Shown here: piece after piece, positions 19,305-28,908 of the stretch
Layout: each line of letters opens with the position of its first letter
Numbering within the stretch: position 1 is the stretch's first letter
The notes under the pieces: model-generated
Told to the model about the DNA's origin: nothing
The model's database searches: none
Seen by the model: only the letters and a program-made list of their open reading frames with translations
Assembly (NCBI GenBank): GCA_965231135.1
Contig: OZ246419.1
Span: forward strand, 257,488 to 321,487
Source of the DNA: an uncultured Gammaproteobacteria bacterium
Lineage (GTDB): Bacteria > Patescibacteriota > Microgenomatia > UBA8517
DNA length: 64,000 nt
Reading direction: 5' to 3'
Translations under genes and position numbers: made by a program

Positions 19305-19751
19305 TTATGGAGTAGGTGTTGGTGTTGGGCTTACTAACGGTTTTGTTCCTTTAAAATGCCCTCGCCACATTCTGAATCCTCCAAAACCAATTGTTTTTGG
19401 ATCAATGTTTTGGCTTTTAAGCCAAGCTTGAAAATCAGACGGTTTTGGTTTGTTTGCTAATTCATTTAAAATTGCAGTTTCCTCATTACTGGTAATTTTG
19501 CCAGCTGAAACTAATTTATCTAATCTTCCCTTTAGCATGTTTTGCTTTTGAGTTTGCATATAAGAATTAATTTCATCTTGTACATCAGTTTGATTTAAAT
19601 TAAATTTTTGGGCAATTGCCTGGGCGAGACCGGAAAAGGGATTAGTGGTTTGTGCGTTTACATTTGGCACCCCCAAAACTGTTAATCCAACAATTCCAGT
19701 TGCCCCGACAAGAACGATCGGTAGTATTAATTTTTTATTCGTATTAATCAC
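19305..19751 (-). CDS. Secreted helical hypothetical protein
   Basis: Signal peptide, LAQAIAQKFNL...RLDKLV..GKIT; start codon ambiguous (see findings). Confidence 0.8.
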   Translation of the reverse strand: MINTNKKLILPIVLVGATGIVGLTVLGVPNVNAQTTNPFSGLAQAIAQKFNLNQTDVQDEINSYMQTQKQNMLKGRLDKLVSAGKITSNEETAILNELANKPKPSDFQAWLKSQNIDPKTIGFGGFRMWRGHFKGTKPLVSPTPTPTP

Positions 19752-19791
19752 CTCTTTTCTTTATATATGTATAATAAAATAACAGTCTGAA

Positions 19792-20823
19792 ATGATGCTT
19801 AAACGAATTGGTTTTATTGTTTTGATAGTTCTTTTTTTAGTGCTTGCTGTTTTTTTATATGCTACAAAAAACCAGAAAACAATTCCTGAAGTTGTTAATA
19901 ATATAGTACAACCCACTCCAAGCAACATATTACAAATTGCACATATGAGAGATCAAAATTACCCAGGAAGCTCGATTACTATTTCACAAACTTTATCAGC
20001 CGGAAGTAATTACAAAAGATATATTGCATATTATTACAGTGATAATTTAAAGATTTATGGACTTTTAACTGTTCCAAATTCTACAAAACCAATCGGAGGA
20101 TTTCCGGCAATTATTTTTAATCATGGATATATTACTCCGCAACTTTATACACCAGACGGGAATTATGTTGCTTATGTTGATGCTTTAACAAAAGCTGGAT
20201 ATGTTGTCTTTAAACCGGATTATCGGGGAAACGGAAAATCGCAAGGCGATTATGGCAGCGAGTATTTTTCCAGGAATTATGATATTGACGATCTTAATGC
20301 TATCGCGAGTATAGAAAAGTTTGATGAAGTCAATCCCGGAAAAATTGGAATTTGGGGGCATTCTATGGGAGGGCACATTACACTTATGGACTTAGAAATA
20401 GCTAAAAATATTAAGGCTGCTGTTATTTGGGGAGGAGTTGTGGGGAGTTATAATGATATTTTGTATAACTGGCAAAATAGAGTTAGTTATCAACCGGATG
20501 CGGAGGATTTACGGCTTCGAAATCAAGGGTCGGAGGATTTGGTAAATATGTATGGGACTCCAACACAAAATCCAAGCTTTTGGAATTCAATTGACCCAAC
20601 TACGAATTTAAATTATATAAATACCCCCTTACAAATTCATGTTGGAGCAGCCGATAATCAAGTCCCTCCAGACTTTGGTGAGAATTTATACAATGATTTA
20701 AAAAGTTTGGGAAAAACTACGGAATTTTATTCATATCCGGGAGCAAATCATGATATTTCATCTCCGAGCTTTGAAACTGCAATGGCGAGAACCATTAGCT
20801 TTTTTGATAAATATTTGAAATAA
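19792..20823 (+). CDS. Membrane-anchored alpha/beta hydrolase (S9-like peptidase)
   Basis: HG, DYRG.G, GHSMGG, D..VP, H. Confidence 0.9.
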   Translation: MMLKRIGFIVLIVLFLVLAVFLYATKNQKTIPEVVNNIVQPTPSNILQIAHMRDQNYPGSSITISQTLSAGSNYKRYIAYYYSDNLKIYGLLTVPNSTKPIGGFPAIIFNHGYITPQLYTPDGNYVAYVDALTKAGYVVFKPDYRGNGKSQGDYGSEYFSRNYDIDDLNAIASIEKFDEVNPGKIGIWGHSMGGHITLMDLEIAKNIKAAVIWGGVVGSYNDILYNWQNRVSYQPDAEDLRLRNQGSEDLVNMYGTPTQNPSFWNSIDPTTNLNYINTPLQIHVGAADNQVPPDFGENLYNDLKSLGKTTEFYSYPGANHDISSPSFETAMARTISFFDKYLK

Positions 20824-20836
20824 TACTTTATATCTT

Positions 20837-21058
20837 ATGAACAAATTATTAATGTTTGGGGGAATTGTTTTGGGAGTTTTGTTTATTTTAATTTCGATTT
20901 TATATTTTATAACTCCTGCGAATCATTTGCCGCATTTTATTCCTGGATATTCGGCTTTATTAACGAGACATCATTTTACTCACGGAATTGGAAGTTTGTT
21001 TTTGGGGCTTCTTTGTTTTGCATTTGCCTGGTTTAGTGGAAAACCAAAGACAAAATAA
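20837..21058 (+). CDS. Small 2-TM protein with His-rich loop
   Basis: Two hydrophobic helices, LPHFIPGY...HHFTHG. Confidence 0.8.
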   Translation: MNKLLMFGGIVLGVLFILISILYFITPANHLPHFIPGYSALLTRHHFTHGIGSLFLGLLCFAFAWFSGKPKTK

Positions 21059-21848
21059 CTCCAACGATAACACAATAAATTCCAAACGGCCAAAGCTTTT
21101 GTGTCTCAAAATATTTGGTTAGAAATTTTACTGAAAGGAATGCGCAAAGGCCTGCGAAAAATGCTCCAACTAAGCTTATGGGCAAATTGATTGATGCGAT
21201 GTCTGGAAGTTTTACTAGAGTTGCCCCTGCAATTATTGGTGTTGCAAGTAAAAATGAAAACCTAGCTGCGTCTTCATGATCAAGACCTGCTATAAGCCCT
21301 CCTGTCATTGTTGAGCCAGTTCTTGAAAAACCAGGAATTAAGGCAAGGCATTGCATAGCTCCGACAAAAATACCTTTTCCCCAGGTTAGTTTTGCAGGAA
21401 TTTGATGAACTTTTCTTTGTAAATAATCTCCAAGAAGAAGCATGAGACCGTTTAAAATTAAAACTATTGAAACTATTGCTGGAGCTGCAAATAAATTTTT
21501 TAAAGTATCCTGAAATAAGATACCTAAAATTCCTGCGGGAACGGTTGCAACAATTAAAAGCCATGCCATTTTAGCGTCTTTGTCGTCATCTCTAATCTCT
21601 CGGCGAGATAAACTTCTTAAAAACCCTTGAATTATTTTTAACCAGTCTTTCCAAAAAAATAAAAATAAAACGATAGCTGTTGCGGTATGGATTGCGACCA
21701 GAAAAGTTAAAAAATATGAATCGTTTTGGTTAATATTCCATCCTAAAAGTTTGGGTAATACAACGCTATGACCGAGACTTGAAATGGGGAAAAGCTCTGT
21801 GATTCCTTGCAAACTTCCTAAAATAATTGCTTGAAAAATATTTATCAT
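21033..21848 (-). CDS. uppP: Undecaprenyl-diphosphatase
   Basis: QGITELFPISSLGH, PGFSRTG, AARFSFLL. Confidence 0.96.
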   Translation of the reverse strand: MINIFQAIILGSLQGITELFPISSLGHSVVLPKLLGWNINQNDSYFLTFLVAIHTATAIVLFLFFWKDWLKIIQGFLRSLSRREIRDDDKDAKMAWLLIVATVPAGILGILFQDTLKNLFAAPAIVSIVLILNGLMLLLGDYLQRKVHQIPAKLTWGKGIFVGAMQCLALIPGFSRTGSTMTGGLIAGLDHEDAARFSFLLATPIIAGATLVKLPDIASINLPISLVGAFFAGLCAFLSVKFLTKYFETQKLWPFGIYCVIVGVILSLVFH

Positions 21849-22348
21849 TATTTAAAGATATCATTATATAGAGATGATAATTCTTTTAAAGACCTTTCGG
21901 TCGGCCAATTAATAAAGCTATCGCCATATTCTCGTATAATAATTGGTATTGATAAGTGATAAAGACTATCCATTAATTGAGGTCTTCTTGGTAAGTTGTT
22001 TGTTTTTATATGTTTGTCTATCATCCAGGATAAAATTCCATAATAAGCTGCCTCTTTTAGAATAAATGAATTTGTATCAATCGGAATATGTTTATCAGGA
22101 AATGCTGTGAATGTTCTTGCTAATTCTAAAACATTAGCTGATTTTTCTAACTCCTGCTTAATAATATTTTGGGCAGCTGTCCAATTATTATCGCCAATTA
22201 ATCTTTTTGCTTTTTGATATTTACTTTCTATTTTAAATATTTTTCTAATTCTTGATTCATCTATATTATCTAAATGGTCTAATGTCTGATTTGTAGCTTC
22301 TTGTAGACTTGTGAACTCTAAAACTGGTTCGTTTCTTTCTGCCGACAT
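21848..22348 (-). CDS. Hypothetical orphan protein (MSAERNEP...)
   Basis: ORF; ATG 22348 follows TACAAT. Confidence 0.65.
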   Translation of the reverse strand: MSAERNEPVLEFTSLQEATNQTLDHLDNIDESRIRKIFKIESKYQKAKRLIGDNNWTAAQNIIKQELEKSANVLELARTFTAFPDKHIPIDTNSFILKEAAYYGILSWMIDKHIKTNNLPRRPQLMDSLYHLSIPIIIREYGDSFINWPTERSLKELSSLYNDIFK

Positions 22349-22439
22349 ATGTTTAACTATTGTATAATTTAAGGGTGAAAATTTCAAAAGTTTTGAGTTG
22401 CTGAAGTTGGACTTTTTATTTTAATTACTGCTTTGGAAT

Positions 22440-22772
22440 TTATTTTTCCTCAGAAAAAGAAGTAGGAATTTTCTTAACTATTTTTTTTGAAACAGCGCCT
22501 GCAAATAGTCTTATTGCTGGTCTATTTTCTTTTTCATAAATTATTTGAACACCTAAAATTTGTTTGCAACTTGGACAAATTAACTCTTTTAAATTTAAAT
22601 TAATATTCTGATCATTGATAGTTCTGTCTAAATACATTCTTTTTAAAATTCCTGGTCCGTCTTTTTGATAATAAGCTATATGTTTATTACATCTGGAACA
22701 GTAAATATCTAAAAGTTTTGAATTGCCTCCTCTGATTTTTTGATATCTATCCTTTTTAAATTTGAAAGACAT
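22440..22772 (-). CDS. Small basic Zn-binding protein (2x CxxC)
   Basis: CSRC...YQKDGPG.LKRMYLDR...CPSC; ATG 22772 follows TGaTATACT plus 7 nt. Confidence 0.8.
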   Translation of the reverse strand: MSFKFKKDRYQKIRGGNSKLLDIYCSRCNKHIAYYQKDGPGILKRMYLDRTINDQNINLNLKELICPSCKQILGVQIIYEKENRPAIRLFAGAVSKKIVKKIPTSFSEEK

Positions 22773-22787
22773 AGATTGAAGTATATC

Positions 22788-22842
22788 AATTTTGTGGAGA
22801 CTGGAGCGAGCAGAGCTCCTCCAAATCTCCACTTGTAAAATT
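22788..22842. repeat. Long imperfect hairpin with GAGC-AGA-GCTC core (terminator or REP-like)
   Basis: aatttt/aaaatt, gtggaga/tctccac, tggag/ctcca, gagc/gctc. Confidence 0.75.
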
Positions 22843-23321
22843 TAGTATCCTGCTGGACTTGCTGCTGGTGTGCCTGATGGACGAGGTCCGCCAAACATTC
22901 CCGCGTTTCCAATTTGAACATTAGTTGCTGTAACTGAACCGTCTGAATTGGTTGTACCAAAAATGGTAACTTCCTGGCCAGTTGTTAAGTCAGCTGCAGT
23001 TCCTGCTGTTGTTTTTGCAATCATTGCAGAACTTCCAAGAATGATAATTTTTGTACTACCGTCGCTTAATTTGACTGTAATACTATTATTATCTGCACTT
23101 ATGATTTGACCGCGTACTGCCATACCATTTGCTCCGCCATTTGCACTTCCAAACCTTCGGGTTGCGCCGTTTCCTTCGGCTCCGCCGCCGAAATTAGCTG
23201 CAAATTGACTTCTTGCTGTAGTTGCTTTACTTTCCTGATATTTCATACCGCCGAAAAAACCTGCTGCTCCTCCAATTACTAAAGCTATTACTCCAACAAT
23301 TATTAAATTTTTATTTTTCAT
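22842..23321 (-). CDS. Membrane-anchored OB-fold (DUF5666-like) accessory protein of the ABC operon
   Basis: TM, GFFGGMKY, G.I.S.D..SITVK..DGS; SD GGGGGTGA. Confidence 0.8.
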   Translation of the reverse strand: MKNKNLIIVGVIALVIGGAAGFFGGMKYQESKATTARSQFAANFGGGAEGNGATRRFGSANGGANGMAVRGQIISADNNSITVKLSDGSTKIIILGSSAMIAKTTAGTAADLTTGQEVTIFGTTNSDGSVTATNVQIGNAGMFGGPRPSGTPAASPAGY

Positions 23322-23335
23322 AATTATCACCCCCA

Positions 23336-23360
23336 TTCGACTACGCTCAGGGCTGTAGTC
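23336..23360. repeat. REP-like palindromic unit
   Basis: ttcgactacgctcagggctgtagtc with gactac/gtagtc arms. Confidence 0.55.
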
Positions 23361-24592
23361 TATTCGTATCTTAAGGCTTCGATTGGTTGCAGAGACGCTG
23401 CACGGCGCGCTGGATACCAGCCAAACAAAACGCCAATGCAGGCTGAAACTGCAAAAGCAATAAGAATCGAAGGAAGAGAAATGAAAAAGACAGAATTGTT
23501 TATTTTTGAATAGAGAAAAGATGCCATTACTCCAAGAACTATTCCTAAACTTCCGCCTGTGAAAGTTAAAATAATTGATTCAATTAGGAATTGTTGGATA
23601 ATAATAGATTTTTTGGCGCCGAGAGCTTTTCTTAAACCAATTTCTCGAGTTCTTTCAGTTACTGTTACTAACATGATATTCATAATTCCAATTCCACCAA
23701 CAATTAATGAAATTGCTGCGATACCGGCAAGAAGAGTGGTGAATGTACTTGTAGCTGCTGTAGCTGTTCCTAAAATATCTGCTTGTGACAAAATTGTAAA
23801 ATCTGCTTTTGTTGGATCATCAATTTTATGGCGAGTAAGCAATAAATAACCAACTTCATTTTCCGCAGCTGTCATGACATCGCTTGATTTTGCCTGAAGA
23901 GAAATGGCGCTTAAATAATTTTCGCCGAAAATTTCTTTTTGGGCAACTGAAAGGGGAATATAAATTACATCATCCTGATTATTAAAACCTGTTCCACCTT
24001 TACTTACTGTTTCACCTGTAATGGTAAAAATCTGGCCTTTGATTCTTATTTTTTGGCCAACTGGATCGCTGCCATCTGTAAAAATGTTGCTTGCAGCAGT
24101 TGGGCCGATAACTGCATCTTTACTTTGATTTGAAACTTCGTCTGAAGAAATAAAATTTCCTTCCTGAATTTGAATATTATGAACTCCTGCATATGTATCT
24201 GTCACTCCAATTATTTGAGTGTTGCTATTGTTTCCAGCTGTTGAAACTTGTGACCTTCCTGATAATTCTGGAGAAACTGTCTGTACATCTAAGACTGTTG
24301 GATCTGTTGCAATTGCAGTTGCATCATCGTTTGTTAGAGTGGTACTTCCGCCTGCAGCTCCACGGACAAAACCAGTTGTTGCTGCTCCTGGCTGGACTGT
24401 AAGCAAATTAGCTCCAAGAGATTGGATTTGAGACTGAATTGCTTCCTGAGAAGCCTGACCCAAAGAAACTAATGCAATAACAGAACCAATGCCAATAACA
24501 ATTCCAAGCATAGCAAGACCTGTTCGGAGTTTATTTATAAATAGTGTGCCGATTGCTTCTTCTATAAGTTTAAATTGGAAATTGTTTTTCAT
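23360..24592 (-). CDS. MacB/FtsX-family ABC permease
   Basis: LGIVIGIGSV, GGIGIMNIMLVTVTERTREIGLRKALGA, PIEALRYE. Confidence 0.95.
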   Translation of the reverse strand: MKNNFQFKLIEEAIGTLFINKLRTGLAMLGIVIGIGSVIALVSLGQASQEAIQSQIQSLGANLLTVQPGAATTGFVRGAAGGSTTLTNDDATAIATDPTVLDVQTVSPELSGRSQVSTAGNNSNTQIIGVTDTYAGVHNIQIQEGNFISSDEVSNQSKDAVIGPTAASNIFTDGSDPVGQKIRIKGQIFTITGETVSKGGTGFNNQDDVIYIPLSVAQKEIFGENYLSAISLQAKSSDVMTAAENEVGYLLLTRHKIDDPTKADFTILSQADILGTATAATSTFTTLLAGIAAISLIVGGIGIMNIMLVTVTERTREIGLRKALGAKKSIIIQQFLIESIILTFTGGSLGIVLGVMASFLYSKINNSVFFISLPSILIAFAVSACIGVLFGWYPARRAASLQPIEALRYE

Positions 24593-24594
24593 AT

Positions 24595-25329
24595 TTATAT
24601 GCTATCGTTTTCTACTTTTAATTTGGCTATTTTTTGTTTTGCATTTTTCTTATCTGAAATTAATTTTCCGTCTTTAATCATGATTACCCTTTTGGCATGT
24701 TCTGCAATATCGGGCTCGTGAGTAATCATGACGACTGTGTGACCTTCATTATTTAATTTTTGGAAAATTGCCATAACTTCTTCTGCCTGATTACTTGCAA
24801 TGTTTCCAGTTGGCTCATCTGCAAGAAGAATTGCAGGATTATTTACAAGAGAACGAGCAATTGCGACACGCTGCATTTGACCGCCCGATAATTGATTACT
24901 TGTATGACTAAGCCTATTTCCAAGACCAACAAGAGTAAGATATTTTGCTGCAATTTCTTTTGCTTTTTCATCTTCGACGCCAGCATAAAACATTGGCAAC
25001 ATTACATTTTGTAAAGTAGTGCGCCTTGGAAGTAAATTGAAGGCCTGGAAAATAAAACCAATTTTGCGGTTTCGAATGCTTGCCAATTCGTCATCTGTTA
25101 ATTTACTTACTTCTTCGCCATCGAGGATATAGCTTCCTGATGTCGGAGTATCAAGCGCTCCAATAATATGCATTAATGTTGATTTTCCAGAACCTGAAGG
25201 ACCCATGATAGCGACAAATTCTCCTTTTTGAATGTCAAAGGAAATATTGTCTAAAGCGACAGTTTCCACTACCCCTGTGTTGTAGATTTTTGAAATTTTG
25301 GAGAGATGAATGATCGGAGATGTTGCCAT
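24595..25329 (-). CDS. ABC ATP-binding protein (MacB/LolD type)
   Basis: GPSGSGKST, LSGGQ, LADEPTG. Confidence 0.96.
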   Translation of the reverse strand: MATSPIIHLSKISKIYNTGVVETVALDNISFDIQKGEFVAIMGPSGSGKSTLMHIIGALDTPTSGSYILDGEEVSKLTDDELASIRNRKIGFIFQAFNLLPRRTTLQNVMLPMFYAGVEDEKAKEIAAKYLTLVGLGNRLSHTSNQLSGGQMQRVAIARSLVNNPAILLADEPTGNIASNQAEEVMAIFQKLNNEGHTVVMITHEPDIAEHAKRVIMIKDGKLISDKKNAKQKIAKLKVENDSI

Positions 25330-26613
25330 TTAACCTCCTCTCGTGAAGACTCTGACATTGCCGCCTCCAGCCGCTCCGCCAAATCCTCCTACACCACCCC
25401 TGTTGCCGCTAAATGGAGAAGTTGTGTTTCCTGTACTTGTACTTGCAGATGGATTGATGATAGCTGTGACAACTGTGTCGCCTTCGTTTACTCCGCTATC
25501 AATTTCAGTATCAGTGTCGGAAGCTTCGCCAATTGTTATTGGTACAAAGTCGAGTTGACCGTTTTTAAGTTCCCTGACAACTTTATTTCCTCCTTGAGTT
25601 GTTATTGCAGAAGTTGGAACTGTAATTACATTATCTTTAATATCTGTGATAATACTTGCCTCAACTGTCATGTTTGGCAAGATTGAATCTGATCCGCTAT
25701 CAAATTGGATAGTTGCAGGATAATTTGTAACCCCAGAGCTTGTTGTTCCTAATTTATTAATGCCGGCAACAACTCCTGTAAAAGTCTGGTTTGCAATTGA
25801 ATCAAAAGTTAAAGTTACTTTTTGGCCTGCCTTCACTTTATCAACGTCAGCTTCTGCTATTGAGACAGTAGCGACAGGATTTCCTGGAGTTTCAACTGAT
25901 GCAACAGTTACCGAACTTGTGGAATTTCCTGAACTACTTGTGGTTGTAGAATTGGTAATTGCCATTCCCGGAACAACTGTAATATTTTGAATAGTTCCTG
26001 AGACTGGAGCAACAATTGTGGAAGATGCTTGTTGATAAGCAATACTTGCATTAGTTAAATTTGCTTGGGCAGAACTAATTGAATTTTGGGCGTTATTAAA
26101 ATTGCTTTGGGCGGCAAGCCATGCATCATTTTCCTGAATATATGTTGGATCAGTTGTTGCAAGTCCTCTTGCGACTGCATCGTTTATAAATTTTTGATTT
26201 GCGCTAAATTCAGATGCTTGTAGTGTGTAGTAACTTGCGTTTGCTGAAGTTACACTATTTTGAGCTGATAAATAAGATGAGTAAGCTTGGGCTTCTCTTT
26301 GCTGGCCAGTTGCATCTAAAGTGATATTGAATAATTTTTGGCCTTTTGTAACCTGATCTCCTTCTTTTACATAAACTTTATTTACCTGGCCGTTTGCGGT
26401 TGATGTGACATCGATATTATTGGTTGCAACAATTGTTCCTGAAGCTGTGACGCTTGAGATTAGCGTACCTCGAGTTGCTGTTGCTGTTTCATAAGTAACT
26501 TTATTTGCGCCGCTTCGCGAGCGTGTGAACACGAAAACTGCAATTATGATTAAAGCAAGAACAACAGCAATGCGCTTGTGAGAAAGAATCACGTTTTTGA
26601 TGCGATTTATCAT
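25330..26613 (-). CDS. MacA/HlyD-family adaptor subunit
   Basis: TM, lipoyl halves VKEGD.V.KGQ and IVAPVSG, coiled coil. Confidence 0.92.
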   Translation of the reverse strand: MINRIKNVILSHKRIAVVLALIIIAVFVFTRSRSGANKVTYETATATRGTLISSVTASGTIVATNNIDVTSTANGQVNKVYVKEGDQVTKGQKLFNITLDATGQQREAQAYSSYLSAQNSVTSANASYYTLQASEFSANQKFINDAVARGLATTDPTYIQENDAWLAAQSNFNNAQNSISSAQANLTNASIAYQQASSTIVAPVSGTIQNITVVPGMAITNSTTTSSSGNSTSSVTVASVETPGNPVATVSIAEADVDKVKAGQKVTLTFDSIANQTFTGVVAGINKLGTTSSGVTNYPATIQFDSGSDSILPNMTVEASIITDIKDNVITVPTSAITTQGGNKVVRELKNGQLDFVPITIGEASDTDTEIDSGVNEGDTVVTAIINPSASTSTGNTTSPFSGNRGGVGGFGGAAGGGNVRVFTRGG

Positions 26614-26619
26614 ATTTCA

Positions 26620-26656
26620 AGTATAGTATGAAATGGAATACTGAAGAGAGGCTGAA
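26620..26656 (-). promoter_or_regulatory. TTCAG-N6-TTCAG direct repeat plus -10 of the ABC operon
   Basis: Minus strand ttcag-cctctc-ttcag, N15, TATACT, N6, ATG 26613. Confidence 0.6.
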
Positions 26657-26676
26657 TAGAGTTTGTGTTATAATAA

Positions 26677-27282
26677 ATGATGTTTAAGCTTCCTGAACTT
26701 CCATATGATTATAGCGCTTTAGAACCTTTTATTGACGAGGAAACAATGCATTTGCATCATGATAAGCATCACCAAGCATATGTTGATAATTTGAATAAAG
26801 CGCTTGAAGGAAAAGATGAATTTTTAAATATGGATGTAAAAGAATTATTAATAAAACTTGATCTGGTACCTGAGGATATTCGGACAAAAGTGCGAAATAA
26901 CGCAGGAGGACATGCAAACCATACGATGTTTTGGAAAACATTAATCCCAAATAAAGATTTTAAGAATATTGATGGAGAACTTAAAAAAGCAATTAATGAA
27001 AAGTATGGAAGTTTTGAAAAATTTCAGGAGGAATTTACAAATAAGGCTCTTGGGAGGTTTGGAAGCGGCTGGGTTTGGCTACTCACTGATTTATCAATAG
27101 TTGATACTCCAAATCAGGATTCGCCATTAATGGAAAGTGAGAGAGCGATTTTAGGCTTGGATGTTTGGGAACATGCATATTATTTGAAATATAAAAATGT
27201 TCGAGCTGATTATATAAAGGCTTGGTGGAATATTGTGAATTGGGAAAAAGTGTCGGAATATTTTAAGCAAAAGCCGCTTTGA
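26677..27282 (+). CDS. sodA: Fe/Mn superoxide dismutase
   Basis: HHDKHH, NNAGGH.NH, DVWEHAYY. Confidence 0.95.
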   Translation: MMFKLPELPYDYSALEPFIDEETMHLHHDKHHQAYVDNLNKALEGKDEFLNMDVKELLIKLDLVPEDIRTKVRNNAGGHANHTMFWKTLIPNKDFKNIDGELKKAINEKYGSFEKFQEEFTNKALGRFGSGWVWLLTDLSIVDTPNQDSPLMESERAILGLDVWEHAYYLKYKNVRADYIKAWWNIVNWEKVSEYFKQKPL

Positions 27283-27928
27283 CTATGTCTTCTTGGCGAA
27301 GTGTTAAATGGGTTTGTTGATATAATCCTTTTATTGTTTTTTCTCTAAGTGGTTCTCCGATTTTCATTTCTGTTATTTTTTTATCTTTTTGTACTGCGCC
27401 TTGATGTTCGTAAAAACTTGTTCCGGTCTTTTGTTTTGTGGTGTCTCCTATGTATATTTCTTTAACATTATTCATTTCCATAACACCACATCCAATTGCC
27501 CACAATAGTGTTCCTAGATGTTTGCCTTGATATTGGTCTGAAATTTCAAATGCGTTTATGGGATTTGTTGATTTTAATTCTTTTATGCCTTTTGAAATTG
27601 GTGTGGGTAAGTTATCAAAATTATCTTGATCTATTCCTGAGTAAATTGAAAAAGTTGCTTGAGCTTCAGCTGGGTCGTCATAAAAAATACGAAAATCCGC
27701 ATGGCCAACTACCCCTTCTTGGTCAAATAGAATTATTGAATAATAGTTTCCAAAACCTTCTCGTTGTGGAGTTCTAATACATCCGATTAAAAATTCATTA
27801 TTTAAGTCTATTAGGTCCGTAGACTCTATCTTTCTATCTTTATGGATAAAATTAAATTTATTTTCTATACCGATAGTCTCGAAAGATGTTGTTGAAGAAT
27901 TGGATTCTCTTTTTGGTTCATTAGGCAC
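27263..27928 (-). CDS. Orphan GNAT-fold protein
   Basis: YQGKHLGT acetyl-CoA motif and SFYEHQG. Confidence 0.7.
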   Translation of the reverse strand: MPNEPKRESNSSTTSFETIGIENKFNFIHKDRKIESTDLIDLNNEFLIGCIRTPQREGFGNYYSIILFDQEGVVGHADFRIFYDDPAEAQATFSIYSGIDQDNFDNLPTPISKGIKELKSTNPINAFEISDQYQGKHLGTLLWAIGCGVMEMNNVKEIYIGDTTKQKTGTSFYEHQGAVQKDKKITEMKIGEPLREKTIKGLYQQTHLTLRQEDIVKAAFA

Positions 27929-27949
27929 TATTTATTATACAATATGGTT

Positions 27950-28615
27950 ATGATCTTACTGATTGATAAACCAAAGGGGTGGACGAGTTTTGATGTTGTT
28001 GCGAAAGTTCGTGGCATTCTTCATGAGAAAAAAGTGGGACATGCGGGGACGCTTGATCCAAATGCTACAGGACTTTTGATAGTTGCAACGGGAGCTGATA
28101 CTAAAAAAATAGGAGAGCTTACAAAAAACACAACTAAAACTTATGAAGCTGAAATAGTTTTGGGTAAAATTTCTTCTACAGATGATGTTGATGGTGAATT
28201 AACTCAATTCGCACAGCAAATTGTTGAGCCACAAGAACAGGAAGTCAAACAAATACTTAAAAATTTTGAAGGAGAGCAAATGCAAATGCCGCCAAAATAT
28301 TCTGCAATCCGAGTAAATGGCAAGAAAGCTTATGAGCTTGCAAGGCAGGGCGGAGATGTGAAATTAGAACCAAGAAAGGTTACTATATATAGTATTAAAT
28401 TACAGGATTACAAATATCCCGTACTTAAAATTACTTGTGAAGTTTCTGCTGGAACATATATACGAAGCATTGCAAGAGATTTAGGAGAAAAACTTAAAAC
28501 TGGAGCTTATCTTAATGAATTAAGGAGGACGCAAATTGGACAATATTCGGCCCAAAAAGCAATAAGCCTACAAGAACTGCAGCAAATGCAGACAAAAGAA
28601 CAGCTGCCGCACTAA
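27950..28615 (+). CDS. truB: tRNA pseudouridine(55) synthase
   Basis: DKPKG.TS, GHAGTLDP, GTYIRS; ATG 27950 follows TACAAT plus 6 nt (27944 is an alternative). Confidence 0.96.
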   Translation: MILLIDKPKGWTSFDVVAKVRGILHEKKVGHAGTLDPNATGLLIVATGADTKKIGELTKNTTKTYEAEIVLGKISSTDDVDGELTQFAQQIVEPQEQEVKQILKNFEGEQMQMPPKYSAIRVNGKKAYELARQGGDVKLEPRKVTIYSIKLQDYKYPVLKITCEVSAGTYIRSIARDLGEKLKTGAYLNELRRTQIGQYSAQKAISLQELQQMQTKEQLPH

Positions 28616-28892
28616 CATCCTTTGCAACTTTAGCTAAATGTGAATAATTGGGGCTAATTTTGTCAACAACTTTTTCAATTGCGGTATTTAATAATTCTAA
28701 AATAATTACAAGAAAAATTGTCAGGATTAACAAAGCGAATTTTTCAACAGATAACTTAAAAATAAAACCTAAAATTAAAGCAAATATTCCAACGATTGTG
28801 TGAAATCTGAAATTTGGTTCGTTTTGAAAAGCTTCTTTGATGCCATTTCCTGCATAACCAAAACTTTTTAAACCACTGTGGCGGGCACTCAT
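28512..28892 (-). CDS. dgkA: Diacylglycerol/undecaprenol kinase
   Basis: EPNFR.H, ELLNTAIE, AKDVSAAAV. Confidence 0.93.
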   Translation of the reverse strand: MSARHSGLKSFGYAGNGIKEAFQNEPNFRFHTIVGIFALILGFIFKLSVEKFALLILTIFLVIILELLNTAIEKVVDKISPNYSHLAKVAKDVSAAAVLLSAFAAVLVGLLLFGPNIVQFASSLIH

Positions 28893-28908
28893 GATAATAT
28901 TATATATC

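Noticed and set aside
23559-25990. Several plus-strand ORFs over the ABC operon, and similar short antisense ORFs elsewhere
   Set aside because: Fully overlapped by well-supported genes on the opposite strand; no motifs or start signals.
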